This document shows positions 1 to 10,200 of a stretch of 64,000 nucleotides of DNA, piece after piece. This DNA is from Bacteriovoracia bacterium (GTDB lineage Bacteria; Bdellovibrionota; UBA1018; JBFWNL01): assembly GCA_050251055.1 (NCBI GenBank), contig JBFWNL010000002.1, positions 416,001 to 480,000 on the forward strand, read 5' to 3'. The translations under genes and the position numbers were made by a program. How positions within the stretch are numbered: the first letter of the stretch is position 1; each line of letters opens with the position of its first letter. A model generated the notes under the pieces. That model was given only the letters and a program-made list of their open reading frames with translations, ran no database searches and was not told where the DNA came from.

Positions 1-36
1 ACTGATTTTTTAAGTCAGAAATAGAAGCCGGCGTTT

Positions 37-64
37 TCAAGAAATCGAAAAAAATCACCGATGA
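37..64 (+). promoter_or_regulatory. possible sigma28 (FliA)-type promoter
   Basis: TCAA-N16-ACCGATGA, close to TAAA-N15-GCCGATAA; upstream of RBS AGGAGG (80-85) and ATG 91. Confidence 0.3.
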
Positions 65-90
65 GATTCATAGACGGCAAGGAGGCCTCT

Positions 91-426
91 ATGAAGCAGC
101 ATCATCAACTATTTCTGATTGTTTCACTTTTATCCTGCGCCACCGCTTGTGCGACCATTGAGGAAGCATTCAAGCCCTCGCGGACTCCCGCTTCGCGCGT
201 GTCCCCAAACGAAATCTACCTCGGTATGTCGATGCGAGCCGTGGAAAATGCCTGGGGCATTCCCGGCGAGGTGGAAACGGCGGGCCAGCAGACTTCGGGA
301 AATCAGCGTTGGATCTATCGCGACCGCGGCATTAGTCACTACGGGCTGGGCTCAGCTCGCGTGATTTACTTTGAAAACGGCCAGGTCGCGGGGTGGCGGA
401 CCACTCCCGATACCTTGGCGCAATAG
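91..426 (+). CDS. small lipoprotein, SmpA/BamE-like domain
   Basis: AGGAGG RBS before ATG 91; hydrophobic signal with Cys; GMS..V...WG.P, W.Y and IYFENGQV motifs. Confidence 0.65.
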   Translation: MKQHHQLFLIVSLLSCATACATIEEAFKPSRTPASRVSPNEIYLGMSMRAVENAWGIPGEVETAGQQTSGNQRWIYRDRGISHYGLGSARVIYFENGQVAGWRTTPDTLAQ

Positions 427-493
427 CCCATTCGCCTGGCTCAATAAAAACAGGCGTGTTAGGGTCGAAAATCCCGCAAGGGGGTCCCATACA

Positions 494-1669
494 ATGGAAA
501 TCTTTCTGGAATTTGAAAAACCGATCGCCACTCTGGAGAAGAAGCTCGAGGACCTGCGTGAGCTCTCCAAGCAAGAAGGCATGAACCTCGGACACGAGAT
601 TTCAATCCTCGAAAAAAAGGTCGTTTCCCTGACCGAGGAGATCTACTCGAAGTTAAGCCCGTGGGAACGCGTCCAGGTCTCGCGCCACGCGAACCGTCCC
701 TACACCCTCGATTACATCGAAGCTCTCTTCCCCTCTTTCATGGACTTGGCCGGAGATCGTTGCTTTGGCGAGGATCGCGCGATTATCTCGGGCACCGCGA
801 TGTGGCCCCCCCAGGGCGCGACGAACGGCAACGGCTTGAGCACGCCGCCCGGCAAAGGTACGCCGGTATTGGTTTTAGGCCACCAAAAGGGCCGCACGAC
901 GAAACAAAAGATGGAGCGTAACTTCGGCATGGCCAAGCCCGAAGGATACCGCAAAGCGATTCGCCTAATGCAACTGGCCGACCGCATGCGCATGCCCATC
1001 ATCACCTTCATCGATACGCCCGGCGCATATCCCGGCATCGAGACCGAAGAGCGGGGCCAAGCCCAGGCGATCGCCGAGAGCATCCTGACGATGGCGGGCT
1101 TGAGCGTTCCCGTGCTTTGCGTGGTCATTGGCGAGGGCGGCTCAGGTGGCGCGCTCGCGCTCGGCATCGGCAACAAGGTCTTGATGATGGAATACAGCAC
1201 CTACTCCGTGATTTCCCCGGAAGGCTGCGCTTCCATTCTCTGGAGCGATTCCAAATACGCGGAAAAGGCAAGCGACTGCCTGAAAATGTCGCCCACCGAT
1301 CTGCTCAAGCACGGGGTGATTGACGGCATTGTGAACGAGCCGAGCGGCGGCGCGCACCGCAACTGGCCGCTCGCCTTCGAAATGATGCGCAAGGCGCTCC
1401 ATCAGCACTTTGATCCGATGCTTAAAGGATTCTTGGCTGGAATCGAGTTACCCGCGCCAGTCACCGGCGCGACCGCCAAGGCGAACGGTACGGGCAAGAA
1501 ATTACGTGCAAAAGCGAAAGGCTTACTCAAGGGTAAGAAACCCAAGAAAAAAGCGGAGGCCACCGCGACGAACAACGTGGCCAAGACCCTACGCCTGGAG
1601 AGAATCCAGAAGTTCCGCGACATGGGCGGCGGTGCGCTCGGACAAACCCGGGAGTCGACGGGCTCATGA
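494..1669 (+). CDS. accA: acetyl-CoA carboxylase carboxyltransferase alpha subunit
   Basis: FLEFEKPI, RHANRP, IDTPGAYPG, GEGGSGGALA, VISPEGCASILW; start moved to ATG 494. Confidence 0.97.
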   Translation: MEIFLEFEKPIATLEKKLEDLRELSKQEGMNLGHEISILEKKVVSLTEEIYSKLSPWERVQVSRHANRPYTLDYIEALFPSFMDLAGDRCFGEDRAIISGTAMWPPQGATNGNGLSTPPGKGTPVLVLGHQKGRTTKQKMERNFGMAKPEGYRKAIRLMQLADRMRMPIITFIDTPGAYPGIETEERGQAQAIAESILTMAGLSVPVLCVVIGEGGSGGALALGIGNKVLMMEYSTYSVISPEGCASILWSDSKYAEKASDCLKMSPTDLLKHGVIDGIVNEPSGGAHRNWPLAFEMMRKALHQHFDPMLKGFLAGIELPAPVTGATAKANGTGKKLRAKAKGLLKGKKPKKKAEATATNNVAKTLRLERIQKFRDMGGGALGQTRESTGS

Positions 1670-2652
1670 GCGCGAAAGCGACACCCGCAAAAACCGGGGC
1701 CTCCTCCGGATCCTCCCCAACTCCTTCCCCGGTTTCTTCCATGACCGGTTACGCCACCGCCGAAGGCAAGCTCGGCCAGGCCAGGCTACGGGTCGAGGCC
1801 AAGTCGCTCAATCATCGTTACCTCGAGATCAAGGCGCGCGTACCCCGCGAGCACGCACGAGTCGAAATGCTACTGCGCAATCACATCCAAAACCGCTTCG
1901 CCCGCGGCGCCATCGAAATCAAAGTGGAGCTTTTGGAAGACGCGCAGGCCCAGGCCGACTTCACGCCTAATCACGCGCTGGCTGCGCATTATTACGAAGG
2001 CCTCACCTCCCTGCAGAAGACCCTAGGGCTCACCGATCAGATCCGTACCGTGGATATCCTGGCGTTCCCGGAAGTCATCAGCAAGCGCGGCATGCGCGCG
2101 GAAGACACGCTTGATTCCGAGCAATTCTGGGAAGCCCTGCAACCTTCGCTCACGGAAGCCTTGAACAAGCTTGGCGATATGCGGGCGGTGGAAGGCGAAG
2201 CCCTGCAGGCAGCGCTGAACCGCACGGTGGCGGAGCTGCGCGAGGGTCTGCGGTTCGTGAAGGAGCGACGGCAGAAGTGCCAGCCCGAGCTCACCCGCAA
2301 GCTTGAGGAAAAAATCCAGACTGTGTTGCAGGCGCACCCCTTTCCGGCCGGAACGACGGCGGACGGAAAGACTTGGCTCGAGTCGCGCGTGGCCCAGGAG
2401 CTGGCCCTGATTTTGGACAAGACGGATATCGAGGAAGAGCTGACGCGTTTCGCCGGGCACCTCGACCACTTCTCACAAACGCTCGCGGGCGGCAGCCCCG
2501 TGGGCCGTAAACTCGACTTCATCCTTCAAGAACTTAACCGCGAAGTGAACACGCTCGGCAACAAGGCGCAGGATTACTCGATCAGCGAAGAAGTCATCGC
2601 GCTGAAGGTCAAGATCGAACAGTTGCGCGAGCAGGTGATGAATATCGAGTAG
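1666..2652 (+). CDS. yicC: YicC/YloC family endoribonuclease
   Basis: SMTGY, KSLNHRYLEI, DIEEELTR, GRKLDFILQELNREVNTLGNK, EQLREQVMNIE; upstream of gmk. Confidence 0.95.
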   Translation: MSAKATPAKTGASSGSSPTPSPVSSMTGYATAEGKLGQARLRVEAKSLNHRYLEIKARVPREHARVEMLLRNHIQNRFARGAIEIKVELLEDAQAQADFTPNHALAAHYYEGLTSLQKTLGLTDQIRTVDILAFPEVISKRGMRAEDTLDSEQFWEALQPSLTEALNKLGDMRAVEGEALQAALNRTVAELREGLRFVKERRQKCQPELTRKLEEKIQTVLQAHPFPAGTTADGKTWLESRVAQELALILDKTDIEEELTRFAGHLDHFSQTLAGGSPVGRKLDFILQELNREVNTLGNKAQDYSISEEVIALKVKIEQLREQVMNIE

Positions 2653-2666
2653 AGGACCGGGGAACC

Positions 2667-3266
2667 ATGGCTATCTCCACAGCGTCCGCACCCCTTCCCA
2701 AACTCATTATCCTTTCCGCGCCCTCGGCCGCCGGCAAGACCACCCTCTGCCAACGCCTGCTCGAAGATTTCGGTGGGCGCATCGTCTCCTCCATTTCCTG
2801 CACCACGCGCGCGCCACGGCCCGGAGAAAAATCCGGTCGCGAGTACTTCTTCCTGAACGAGGACGAATTCAATGCGCGTGAACGCGCGGGGGAGTTCGTC
2901 GAAACCGCGCTCGTGCACGGAAAAATGTACGGCACCTCACGACGCACGGTTGAAGACCTGCTGGACCAGGGAAAATCCGTCCTACTCGCCATCGACATCC
3001 AAGGCGCGGACAGCCTCAAGCTTGCTTTCCCGGGTCGATGCATCACCGTTTTCATCAATCCCCCCAGCATGGAGATCCTGGAGAAAAGACTACGCGCGCG
3101 CGGAACCGAGTCGGACCAGTCGATCGAAACTCGCATCCAGAACGCGCGGGACGAGATGAAGCATGCGCACCGGTTTGACCACGTCATCGTGAACGACGAA
3201 CTCGACCGCGCGTACACCGAGCTTTTGGGCATCGTCGAGAAGGGCCTGGGCATTCGACGTGGCTAA
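2667..3266 (+). CDS. gmk: guanylate kinase
   Basis: SAPSAAGKTT P-loop, SCTTRAPRPGE, YGTS, IDIQGA. Confidence 0.96.
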   Translation: MAISTASAPLPKLIILSAPSAAGKTTLCQRLLEDFGGRIVSSISCTTRAPRPGEKSGREYFFLNEDEFNARERAGEFVETALVHGKMYGTSRRTVEDLLDQGKSVLLAIDIQGADSLKLAFPGRCITVFINPPSMEILEKRLRARGTESDQSIETRIQNARDEMKHAHRFDHVIVNDELDRAYTELLGIVEKGLGIRRG

Positions 3267-5445
3267 ACCGGAGACCGCCGACCTCGACACGCTCTGCGAC
3301 ACCATCAAGCGCTATTATCCGGACAGCGACCTGGAAAAGGTGAAGGTGGCTTACGCCTACGCGACCCAGGCCCACGAAGGCCAGAAACGCTCGAGCGGCG
3401 ATCCCTACATCATCCATCCCACCGAAGTCGCGCAGATCCTGGCGGATATGAAGCTCGACATTCCGAGCATCATCACCGGCCTCCTGCACGACACGGTCGA
3501 GGACACCCAGGCCACGCTCGAAGACATCGAGAAAAAGTTCAGCCCCGAGATCGCGCAACTCGTGGACGGAGTCACCAAGCTCAACAAGATCACATTTAAG
3601 ACCACGGAAGAAAAACAGGCCGAGAACTTTCGCAAGATGATCATCGCCATGGCGAAGGATATCCGCGTAATTCTCGTGAAGCTTGCCGATCGCCTCAATA
3701 ATATGCGGACCTTGCAGCACCTGCCGCCGCATAAGCAAACGGCCATTTCGGAAGAGACCCTGGAAATTTACGCGCCCATCGCCAACCGCCTGGGGATCAG
3801 CTGGATCAAGCTCGAACTCGAAGACCTTTGCCTGCGTTACCTGCACCCCGACTCGTACTACAAGCTCGCCCAGAAGGTTACGAAAACCAAAAAAGAGCGC
3901 GAGAAGTACATCGAAGAAGTTTGTGAGCTATTGACGGAAAAGCTGAAAGACTACGACATGAACGCGCAGGTCGTCGGGCGGGCCAAGCACTTCTACTCCA
4001 TCTACAAGAAGATGGAACGACGGCAGGCGGACTACGACCAAATCCATGACGTCATCGCTTTTCGCATCATCGTGGACAATATCACCGAATGCTACAAGGC
4101 TTTGGGCGTGATCCACGCACTGTACAAGCCGATCCCGGGCCGCATCAAGGATTACATCGCGATGCCGAAATCCAACTCCTACCAGTCGCTCCATACGACG
4201 GTGATTGGCCCCTATGGCGACCGCATCGAGATCCAGATCCGTACTCATGACATGCAGCAAGTGGCCGAAGGCGGGATCGCCGCGCACTGGAAGTACAAGG
4301 AAGGAAAGTTCGACTCCAAATCGCGCGAGAACGTGGAGTGGGTCAACCGCCTGCTGGAGTGGCAGAAGGACCTGTCGGATCCGAGCGAGTTTCTGGAGAC
4401 GGTCAAGATCGACCTATTCGCCGAGGACGTTTTCATTTTTACACCTAAGGGCGAGGTGAAACAGCTCCCTCACGGCGCCACGCCGCTCGATTTCGCGTAC
4501 GCCGTGCATACCGACGTCGGCAACAAATGCATCGGCGCGAAGGTCAACGGCAAGATCGTGCCCCTAAAGCACAAGATGCACTCGGGCGATATCGTGGAGA
4601 TCCTGACGTCGCCGACGCAATCACCTTCGAAAGACTGGCTCACGATCGTCAAAAGCTCGCGCGCCAAGGCGAAGATTCGTGCCTTTATCAAGTTACAGGA
4701 GCGCGAGCGCGCTCGCGACCTAGGCAAGGAGCTCCTGGAAAAAGCGTTGCGGGTCTATTCGCAGAACATGAACCGACTGGAGAAAGCCGGCACGTTGCTG
4801 AAAGCCGCGCAGCACCTGCACTTCCGGTCGGTGGAAGAACTCCACGTCGCCATCGGATACGGCCGCACCTACCCCGAGCGCATCATTGAACAGGTCGTGC
4901 CCAAGGAAGAGATCGAGAAGGTCAAAACCTCTCAGCCGCCCGAGGAGGAGAGTTTCCTCAAGAAGGTGTTCAAAGCGGCTACCCGCAAGAGCGAGGCGCG
5001 CAACGCGATCTCGGTGGCGAATCTGGATGACGTGCTCATTCGCCTGGGCAAATGCTGCAATCCGCTGCCAGGCGAAAGCATTGTCGGATTTATCACCCGC
5101 GGCCGCGGCGTGACCATCCACAGCGCCAACTGTTCGAAGGCCATCGATAGCGACACCGATCGACGCGTGGACGTGCAGTGGAATATCCAAAATCGCGAGC
5201 GTTTCAAGCACCACGTGAAAATCCGCATCCTCGCCCTCGACGAGCCCGGCCTGCTCGCGACCATGAGCCAGACCATCGCCACTCACGGCATCAACATCGC
5301 ATCCGCCAACATCCGCACCACCAAGGACAAGAAGGCGATCCTACTCTTCTCGGTGGAAGTCAGCGACACCGCCCAACTCTCCAAGATCAGCAGCGCGCTC
5401 GAGTCCAAGCGCGGAGTAATCTCGGTCGAGAGAACCCGCTCTTAA
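3259..5445 (+). CDS. relA: bifunctional (p)ppGpp synthetase/hydrolase (long RSH)
   Basis: HEGQKRSSGDPYIIHP, LLHDTVED (intact HD), YQSLHT, EIQIRT, TGS domain, CC zinc motif, C-terminal ACT. Confidence 0.96.
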   Translation: MAKPETADLDTLCDTIKRYYPDSDLEKVKVAYAYATQAHEGQKRSSGDPYIIHPTEVAQILADMKLDIPSIITGLLHDTVEDTQATLEDIEKKFSPEIAQLVDGVTKLNKITFKTTEEKQAENFRKMIIAMAKDIRVILVKLADRLNNMRTLQHLPPHKQTAISEETLEIYAPIANRLGISWIKLELEDLCLRYLHPDSYYKLAQKVTKTKKEREKYIEEVCELLTEKLKDYDMNAQVVGRAKHFYSIYKKMERRQADYDQIHDVIAFRIIVDNITECYKALGVIHALYKPIPGRIKDYIAMPKSNSYQSLHTTVIGPYGDRIEIQIRTHDMQQVAEGGIAAHWKYKEGKFDSKSRENVEWVNRLLEWQKDLSDPSEFLETVKIDLFAEDVFIFTPKGEVKQLPHGATPLDFAYAVHTDVGNKCIGAKVNGKIVPLKHKMHSGDIVEILTSPTQSPSKDWLTIVKSSRAKAKIRAFIKLQERERARDLGKELLEKALRVYSQNMNRLEKAGTLLKAAQHLHFRSVEELHVAIGYGRTYPERIIEQVVPKEEIEKVKTSQPPEEESFLKKVFKAATRKSEARNAISVANLDDVLIRLGKCCNPLPGESIVGFITRGRGVTIHSANCSKAIDSDTDRRVDVQWNIQNRERFKHHVKIRILALDEPGLLATMSQTIATHGINIASANIRTTKDKKAILLFSVEVSDTAQLSKISSALESKRGVISVERTRS

Positions 5446-5496
5446 TCGAATCCCCCTTCTAGTTACCCAGAAGTAACGCATTGTGCATCACAAGGG

Positions 5497-6126
5497 TTGC
5501 TTGGAAATCCTTTGGTTGGTATAGACCCCTACGAAGTGGACCACCCTAAAACGCCCGACCTGAGCGTCATTCAGGACAAAATCAAAGGAATTATTGGCGA
5601 AATTGGCGAAGACATGGGCCGCGAAGGGCTGCGCGATACCCCTCGCCGCTATGCCAAGGCGATGGAGTTTCTGACCTCGGGCTACCGCGCGAATCTGGAC
5701 AAAATCGTAGGTCAGGCGCTCTTTAAGTCCGAATCCAGCGAAATCGTGCTCATTCGCGACATCGAGCTCTTTTCGATGTGCGAGCATCACCTGCTTCCGT
5801 TTTGGGGCCGTGCGCACGTCGCGTATATCCCGAACGAAAAAATCATCGGGCTATCCAAAGTCCCACGCATCGTGGACGCTTTCGCCCGCCGCCTACAGGT
5901 GCAAGAACGCCTCACCACCCAGGTTTCCGAAGCTTTGATGAAGATCCTGCAGCCCCACGGCGTGGCCGTCACGATCGAAGCCTACCATCTGTGCATGATG
6001 ATGAGAGGCGTGGAGAAGCAAAACAGTAAGACCGTCACCAGCTCCATGCAGGGCGCGTTCCGCGACAACCCCTCGACCCGCCAGGAGCTGTTGCACTTGC
6101 TCAACGGGTTGAGCTTGTCGAAATGA
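5497..6126 (+). CDS. folE: GTP cyclohydrolase I
   Basis: [43 protein letters not shown]; start uncertain. Confidence 0.96.
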   Translation: MLGNPLVGIDPYEVDHPKTPDLSVIQDKIKGIIGEIGEDMGREGLRDTPRRYAKAMEFLTSGYRANLDKIVGQALFKSESSEIVLIRDIELFSMCEHHLLPFWGRAHVAYIPNEKIIGLSKVPRIVDAFARRLQVQERLTTQVSEALMKILQPHGVAVTIEAYHLCMMMRGVEKQNSKTVTSSMQGAFRDNPSTRQELLHLLNGLSLSK

Positions 6127-6380
6127 CGGGGGCGGGCACCGAAAAAGAGTGGGTTTTCCTGGAAGAGCTCGCGGTTGGACCCGAGCTGGACCTCTTAAAA
6201 ATCGTATTCGCCGACGAAGCCCTCACCTACCAAGCGCTTCCGGTGGCGCCTTACAAGAGTAGCGCCACCCATGCGAGCCTAACCGGCTACGATAGCTACA
6301 AGATCTACGTGCCGGCGGACGAGTCGGAACGAGCGGCAGACTTGCTGAAAAAGGTCCGGGAAAGCCGACCGGCCCAGTAG
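6123..6380 (+). CDS. small hypothetical protein (DUF2007-like)
   Basis: ATGA overlap with folE; C-terminal KIYVP..E.ERA.DLL pattern. Confidence 0.55.
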   Translation: MTGAGTEKEWVFLEELAVGPELDLLKIVFADEALTYQALPVAPYKSSATHASLTGYDSYKIYVPADESERAADLLKKVRESRPAQ

Positions 6381-6384
6381 AGGG

Positions 6385-6846
6385 CTACTTCGGCGATTCG
6401 AAGTGAATAAGCTCATACGGCTTTTGCGCCTTCCAAGCCGCGAAGCAGTCCGCGGAGTAGGAAAGTTTTGATCCGTCGGGATTTTTCCGTGATCGAAAGA
6501 TTCCCGCCGATTCTCCGCTGCCAATCGCGCTCACCACCTCAACGTCCGTATCTCGGCTGAGCGACAACCATCCCATTTTCAGGCCTCCCTCGTCTTGATG
6601 ACGAATATAGGTACCGAGAGAAAACGGTTCTCCAAAAAAATCGATCGGCACGTTGACCGCTTGATTGGCCGTTACCGCGAACGCGACCCGCCGAACGGAG
6701 GCCACGCCGTTTTCACGACGCGAAAGGTGGCAATTCACGTAGACGGGGGATTCCGCGTCAAACGAAGTGGGAGAGGCCTCTGATGGACCACAAGCCCAAG
6801 CCAATGCTCCTGCCGCCCATAGGATGAATCCCGGAAGCCACATCAT
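6385..6846 (-). CDS. exported/lipoprotein, paralog 3 of tandem two-Cys family
   Basis: RBS GAGGAG; lipobox-like LAWAC; VYVNC...KNPDG...YSADC...YE shared with the two upstream genes. Confidence 0.7.
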   Translation of the reverse strand: MMWLPGFILWAAGALAWACGPSEASPTSFDAESPVYVNCHLSRRENGVASVRRVAFAVTANQAVNVPIDFFGEPFSLGTYIRHQDEGGLKMGWLSLSRDTDVEVVSAIGSGESAGIFRSRKNPDGSKLSYSADCFAAWKAQKPYELIHFESPK

Positions 6847-6855
6847 ACGTACTCC

Positions 6856-7317
6856 TCAGTTAGCAGGCGTAAGCTCATAATCGGCGGCCACGTCCGCCCG
6901 ACAAGCGGCCGAATAAGCATAGCGCAATTGCCCCGCCCCATTCTTTTCAAAACGGGAAATTTTCAAGCCGGGCACCTTCGCTGAATCCACCGGCTCCACG
7001 CTCCCGATCTCGCGACTGCCTAACTTGTTGAATCCGAGCGCCCTCAAATGGAGGACGGGAGAGGTACCTTCGCTCAATCCGACTATCGACGAAATCCGAA
7101 AGCCTTGGGTTCCGAGGGTAAAGTCGGAGAAAAAAATCTGACCCTCGTCCAACGCGAAAGACTTATTCGCTTCCACCACTCGAATTGGCCCCGGTGATTC
7201 TTGATAATATTCGAGTTTAAATTGGCAGTTCAGAAAGACGGTTTCCGCCGTCGCCAGCCCCGGCACCACTAGCGTAAGCAAAGGATACACAAACCCCTTA
7301 AGAAATTTTCTTTTCAT
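6856..7317 (-). CDS. secreted protein, paralog 2 of tandem two-Cys family
   Basis: GGAGG RBS before ATG 7317; signal peptide ending ATA; VFLNC...KSF...FNKL...KNGAG...YSAAC. Confidence 0.75.
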   Translation of the reverse strand: MKRKFLKGFVYPLLTLVVPGLATAETVFLNCQFKLEYYQESPGPIRVVEANKSFALDEGQIFFSDFTLGTQGFRISSIVGLSEGTSPVLHLRALGFNKLGSREIGSVEPVDSAKVPGLKISRFEKNGAGQLRYAYSAACRADVAADYELTPAN

Positions 7318-7335
7318 CGCGACCTCCAAATATAT

Positions 7336-7773
7336 TTATTCAACCGGATACGCCGAGACGGACGACACCTTACAATCAGCGTAGTAAGCCTCTAAAAGCA
7401 TGCCCATTTCGTTTTTATTCACCCGTCCGACCCGCAGGCCGTAAGCGCGCTGACCATCGCTGGGCGCGACGTACGTGTATTGATCATTAAGTTTATTGAA
7501 GGCCAATAAACGCATACTCGCATCGGCCGCGAGGGTGGCCGGATTGATTTCCGCATTCAAGTGATAGACCTGCTCCCCGACATAGAAATCTTTCCGAACC
7601 GTGCCATTGGCCTCAACCACGAATGACTTTCCGAACCGCGAAGAATTGCCATTGGGAAAGTGGGGGTTGGACTCATTGACGGTCGCTCCGATGTTACAGT
7701 TCAAAAAAACGGGATTCGCAAATGCCGAAACCGGTAAGAGCGCAAGACCAGCCAATACAATTGATCGCAACAT
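7336..7773 (-). CDS. secreted protein, paralog 1 of tandem two-Cys family
   Basis: GGAGG RBS before ATG 7773; signal peptide ending AFA; VFLNC...KSF...FNKL...KNEMG...YYADC. Confidence 0.75.
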   Translation of the reverse strand: MLRSIVLAGLALLPVSAFANPVFLNCNIGATVNESNPHFPNGNSSRFGKSFVVEANGTVRKDFYVGEQVYHLNAEINPATLAADASMRLLAFNKLNDQYTYVAPSDGQRAYGLRVGRVNKNEMGMLLEAYYADCKVSSVSAYPVE

Positions 7774-7910
7774 TTTAGACTTCCTCCAAGTTAAAGTTGC
7801 GATCCAAATAACGCATCGAGTCATACGTGGCAATTCTGATCACGGCTAAGCCCAATGTTTCTGCTTACTGAGTCGGAAAATATTCGAAAGTAAGCGGGGC
7901 CCGCGTGATT

Positions 7911-8738
7911 TTATGCCGTGGCGAAAGCCGATTGTGTGAACTCGCGTCGAAGCTCGCTCTCGAGCCACGCACGCCACTGGGGCTGCCAACCCGGGGGTAA
8001 GGATGCCGACGACTCCAGCTCCGCCAGATTCACCATCACCTCCGGCGAGAACCCGCACGGAGAAATCAGGCGAAATCCATCGAAGTCGTTCACTACGTTA
8101 ACGGCCATGCCGTGGTAGGTGACCCACTTGCGGATGGCGATGCCGATGGAGGCGAGCTTGCGCTCGCCCACCCAAACGCCAGTGGCGTCGCGGCGGTGCT
8201 CACCCGCGAGACCGTAGCGTGCGAGCACGTTGATCAAGACGCCCTCGAACTTGCGCAGAAACGCGTCGATGTCCCGGCGCGGACCGAAGCCTTCTCCATC
8301 CAAAAGGCAAATCGGATAGATCACGAGCTGGCCAGGGCCGTGATACGTCAGGTCCCCGCCCCGCTCGGTTTCGCTAAACGAAATCCCGGGTGGAAGCATC
8401 GGCGCCGGCATGTGACGGACCCCGCCTTCCCGGGAGCCCGCGCCCTGCAAACCGCGGCCACGCGTAATGACCGGTTCGTGCTCGAGGAAAATCACCGTAT
8501 CGGGGATTTCGCCGCGCGCGCGCTGATCGACCATCTTCTGCTGAAGCTCGCGTGCCTCCGTGTAAGGCGTCAGGCCCGGAAGGGAAAGAAACTGCAACTC
8601 GCGGGAAGCCGTCGTGGCCGGTAAAACTTTAGAAGCGCCAGGAGTGCCCGACCCAAGCGAATCATCACCGACCATCGGACTAGTCGCCGAGGCTACCGAT
8701 GGGCTCGCTAAAGTATCGAGATTCCCGCTCACTTCCAC
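7911..8738 (-). CDS. lipB: lipoyl(octanoyl) transferase
   Basis: LEHEPVITRG, RGGDLTYHGPGQLVIYPI, KLASIG, YHGMAVNV, ISPCG. Confidence 0.95.
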   Translation of the reverse strand: MEVSGNLDTLASPSVASATSPMVGDDSLGSGTPGASKVLPATTASRELQFLSLPGLTPYTEARELQQKMVDQRARGEIPDTVIFLEHEPVITRGRGLQGAGSREGGVRHMPAPMLPPGISFSETERGGDLTYHGPGQLVIYPICLLDGEGFGPRRDIDAFLRKFEGVLINVLARYGLAGEHRRDATGVWVGERKLASIGIAIRKWVTYHGMAVNVVNDFDGFRLISPCGFSPEVMVNLAELESSASLPPGWQPQWRAWLESELRREFTQSAFATA

Positions 8739-8757
8739 TCCTCACTTCCCGACCGGG

Positions 8758-10197
8758 CTAAGCGTGGGCCGACGGCTGGGCGCTGGCACCGCGCTTGGGC
8801 TGGAAGATGTGGATGGCATGACCGAGCGTCGCCTCGGCGGCTTCCATCAATGTCTCCGGCAACGTCGGGTGCGCGTGCACCGTCAAAGCCAGGTCTTCCA
8901 CTTGCGCGCCCATCTCGAGCGCCAAGGCGGCTTCGGCAATGAGGTTCGAGGCCTCGGCGCCGACGATGTGCACACCGAGTAGCCGACCCGTTTTCTTGTC
9001 GCCGATCATCTTCACCATGCCGTCCGGCTCCGACACGGAAAGCGCGCGGCCGTTCGCCGCGAAGGGGAACAACCCCACCATCACGTCGATGCCCTTGGCT
9101 TTCGCTTCGGCTTCGGTCAGGCCCACGGTCGCCACTTCCGGATCCGTAAAAATTACGGCCGGCATGGCGATGACGTCGTACTTGGTCTTCTGGCCCGCGA
9201 TCGCTTCCGCGGCCACGATGCCTTCCTTCGATCCCTTGTGCGCGAGCATCGGCTGGCCGGCGATGTCGCCAATCGCATAGATATGCGGCACGCTCGTGCG
9301 GCGCTGGGCATCGACGGTGAGGAAACCCTTCGCATCGGGCTTCAGTCCCGCCTTCTCGAGCCCCAAACCATCGGAGTTCGGCGTACGTCCCACGGTCACG
9401 AGGATTTTTTCCACCGAGATCGTGGACTTCTTGCCCTCGCTTTCGAGCTCGACGTCATATCCCTTCTTAGTTTTCTTCTGGCCTTTGACCATCGTCTTGA
9501 CCATCACGTCGACTTCGCGCTTCTTGAGACCTTTGGCGACGACCGAGGTCAACTGCGGATCGACCATGCCCAGCAACGCCGGGCCGGCCTCCACCACGGT
9601 GACCTTCGTGCCGACCTTCGCATAGAAAGTGCCGAGCTCAAGCCCGATGTACCCGCCGCCAATGCAGAGCATGGACTTCGGGATTTCGGTGAGGTTCAAA
9701 GCACCAGTGCTGTCCAAGATGCCGTCCTGATCCACCTCAAAACCCGGAATCGCGGTAGGGCGCGAGCCCGTGGCGATCACGCATTGGTTGAACGAAAGCT
9801 CGATCGTTTCACCCTTGGCCTTGATCTCCATCGTCTTGGGGCCGGTGAACTTCGCGTCGCCCGCCACCCACGTGCAGCCGTTGGCCTTCAAGAGCCCGCC
9901 CACGCCGCCCGTGAGTTTCTTCACGACGGTTTCTTTCCAGGCGACCATCTTCTTGAGGTTCACCTCGGCGCCCTTGACGGTGATGCCCATTTCTTCCGCG
10001 TGGTGCATCTTTTCGAATAGCGTACCGGCGTAAATCAACGCTTTAGAGGGAATGCAACCGCGGTTGAGGCAAACGCCCCCGACTTCAGCGCGGTCCACCA
10101 CCGTGACTTTTTTGCCCAATTGCGCGAGCCGGATCGCGCAGACGTAACCGGCGGGGCCGGCACCAAGGACCACGACATCAGCGGTTTGCTTCGCCAT
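8758..10197 (-). CDS. lpdA: dihydrolipoyl dehydrogenase (E3)
   Basis: GAGPAGY, GGVCLNRGCIPSK, GGGYIGLE, HAHPTLPE. Confidence 0.97.
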   Translation of the reverse strand: MAKQTADVVVLGAGPAGYVCAIRLAQLGKKVTVVDRAEVGGVCLNRGCIPSKALIYAGTLFEKMHHAEEMGITVKGAEVNLKKMVAWKETVVKKLTGGVGGLLKANGCTWVAGDAKFTGPKTMEIKAKGETIELSFNQCVIATGSRPTAIPGFEVDQDGILDSTGALNLTEIPKSMLCIGGGYIGLELGTFYAKVGTKVTVVEAGPALLGMVDPQLTSVVAKGLKKREVDVMVKTMVKGQKKTKKGYDVELESEGKKSTISVEKILVTVGRTPNSDGLGLEKAGLKPDAKGFLTVDAQRRTSVPHIYAIGDIAGQPMLAHKGSKEGIVAAEAIAGQKTKYDVIAMPAVIFTDPEVATVGLTEAEAKAKGIDVMVGLFPFAANGRALSVSEPDGMVKMIGDKKTGRLLGVHIVGAEASNLIAEAALALEMGAQVEDLALTVHAHPTLPETLMEAAEATLGHAIHIFQPKRGASAQPSAHA

Positions 10198-10200
10198 GAT

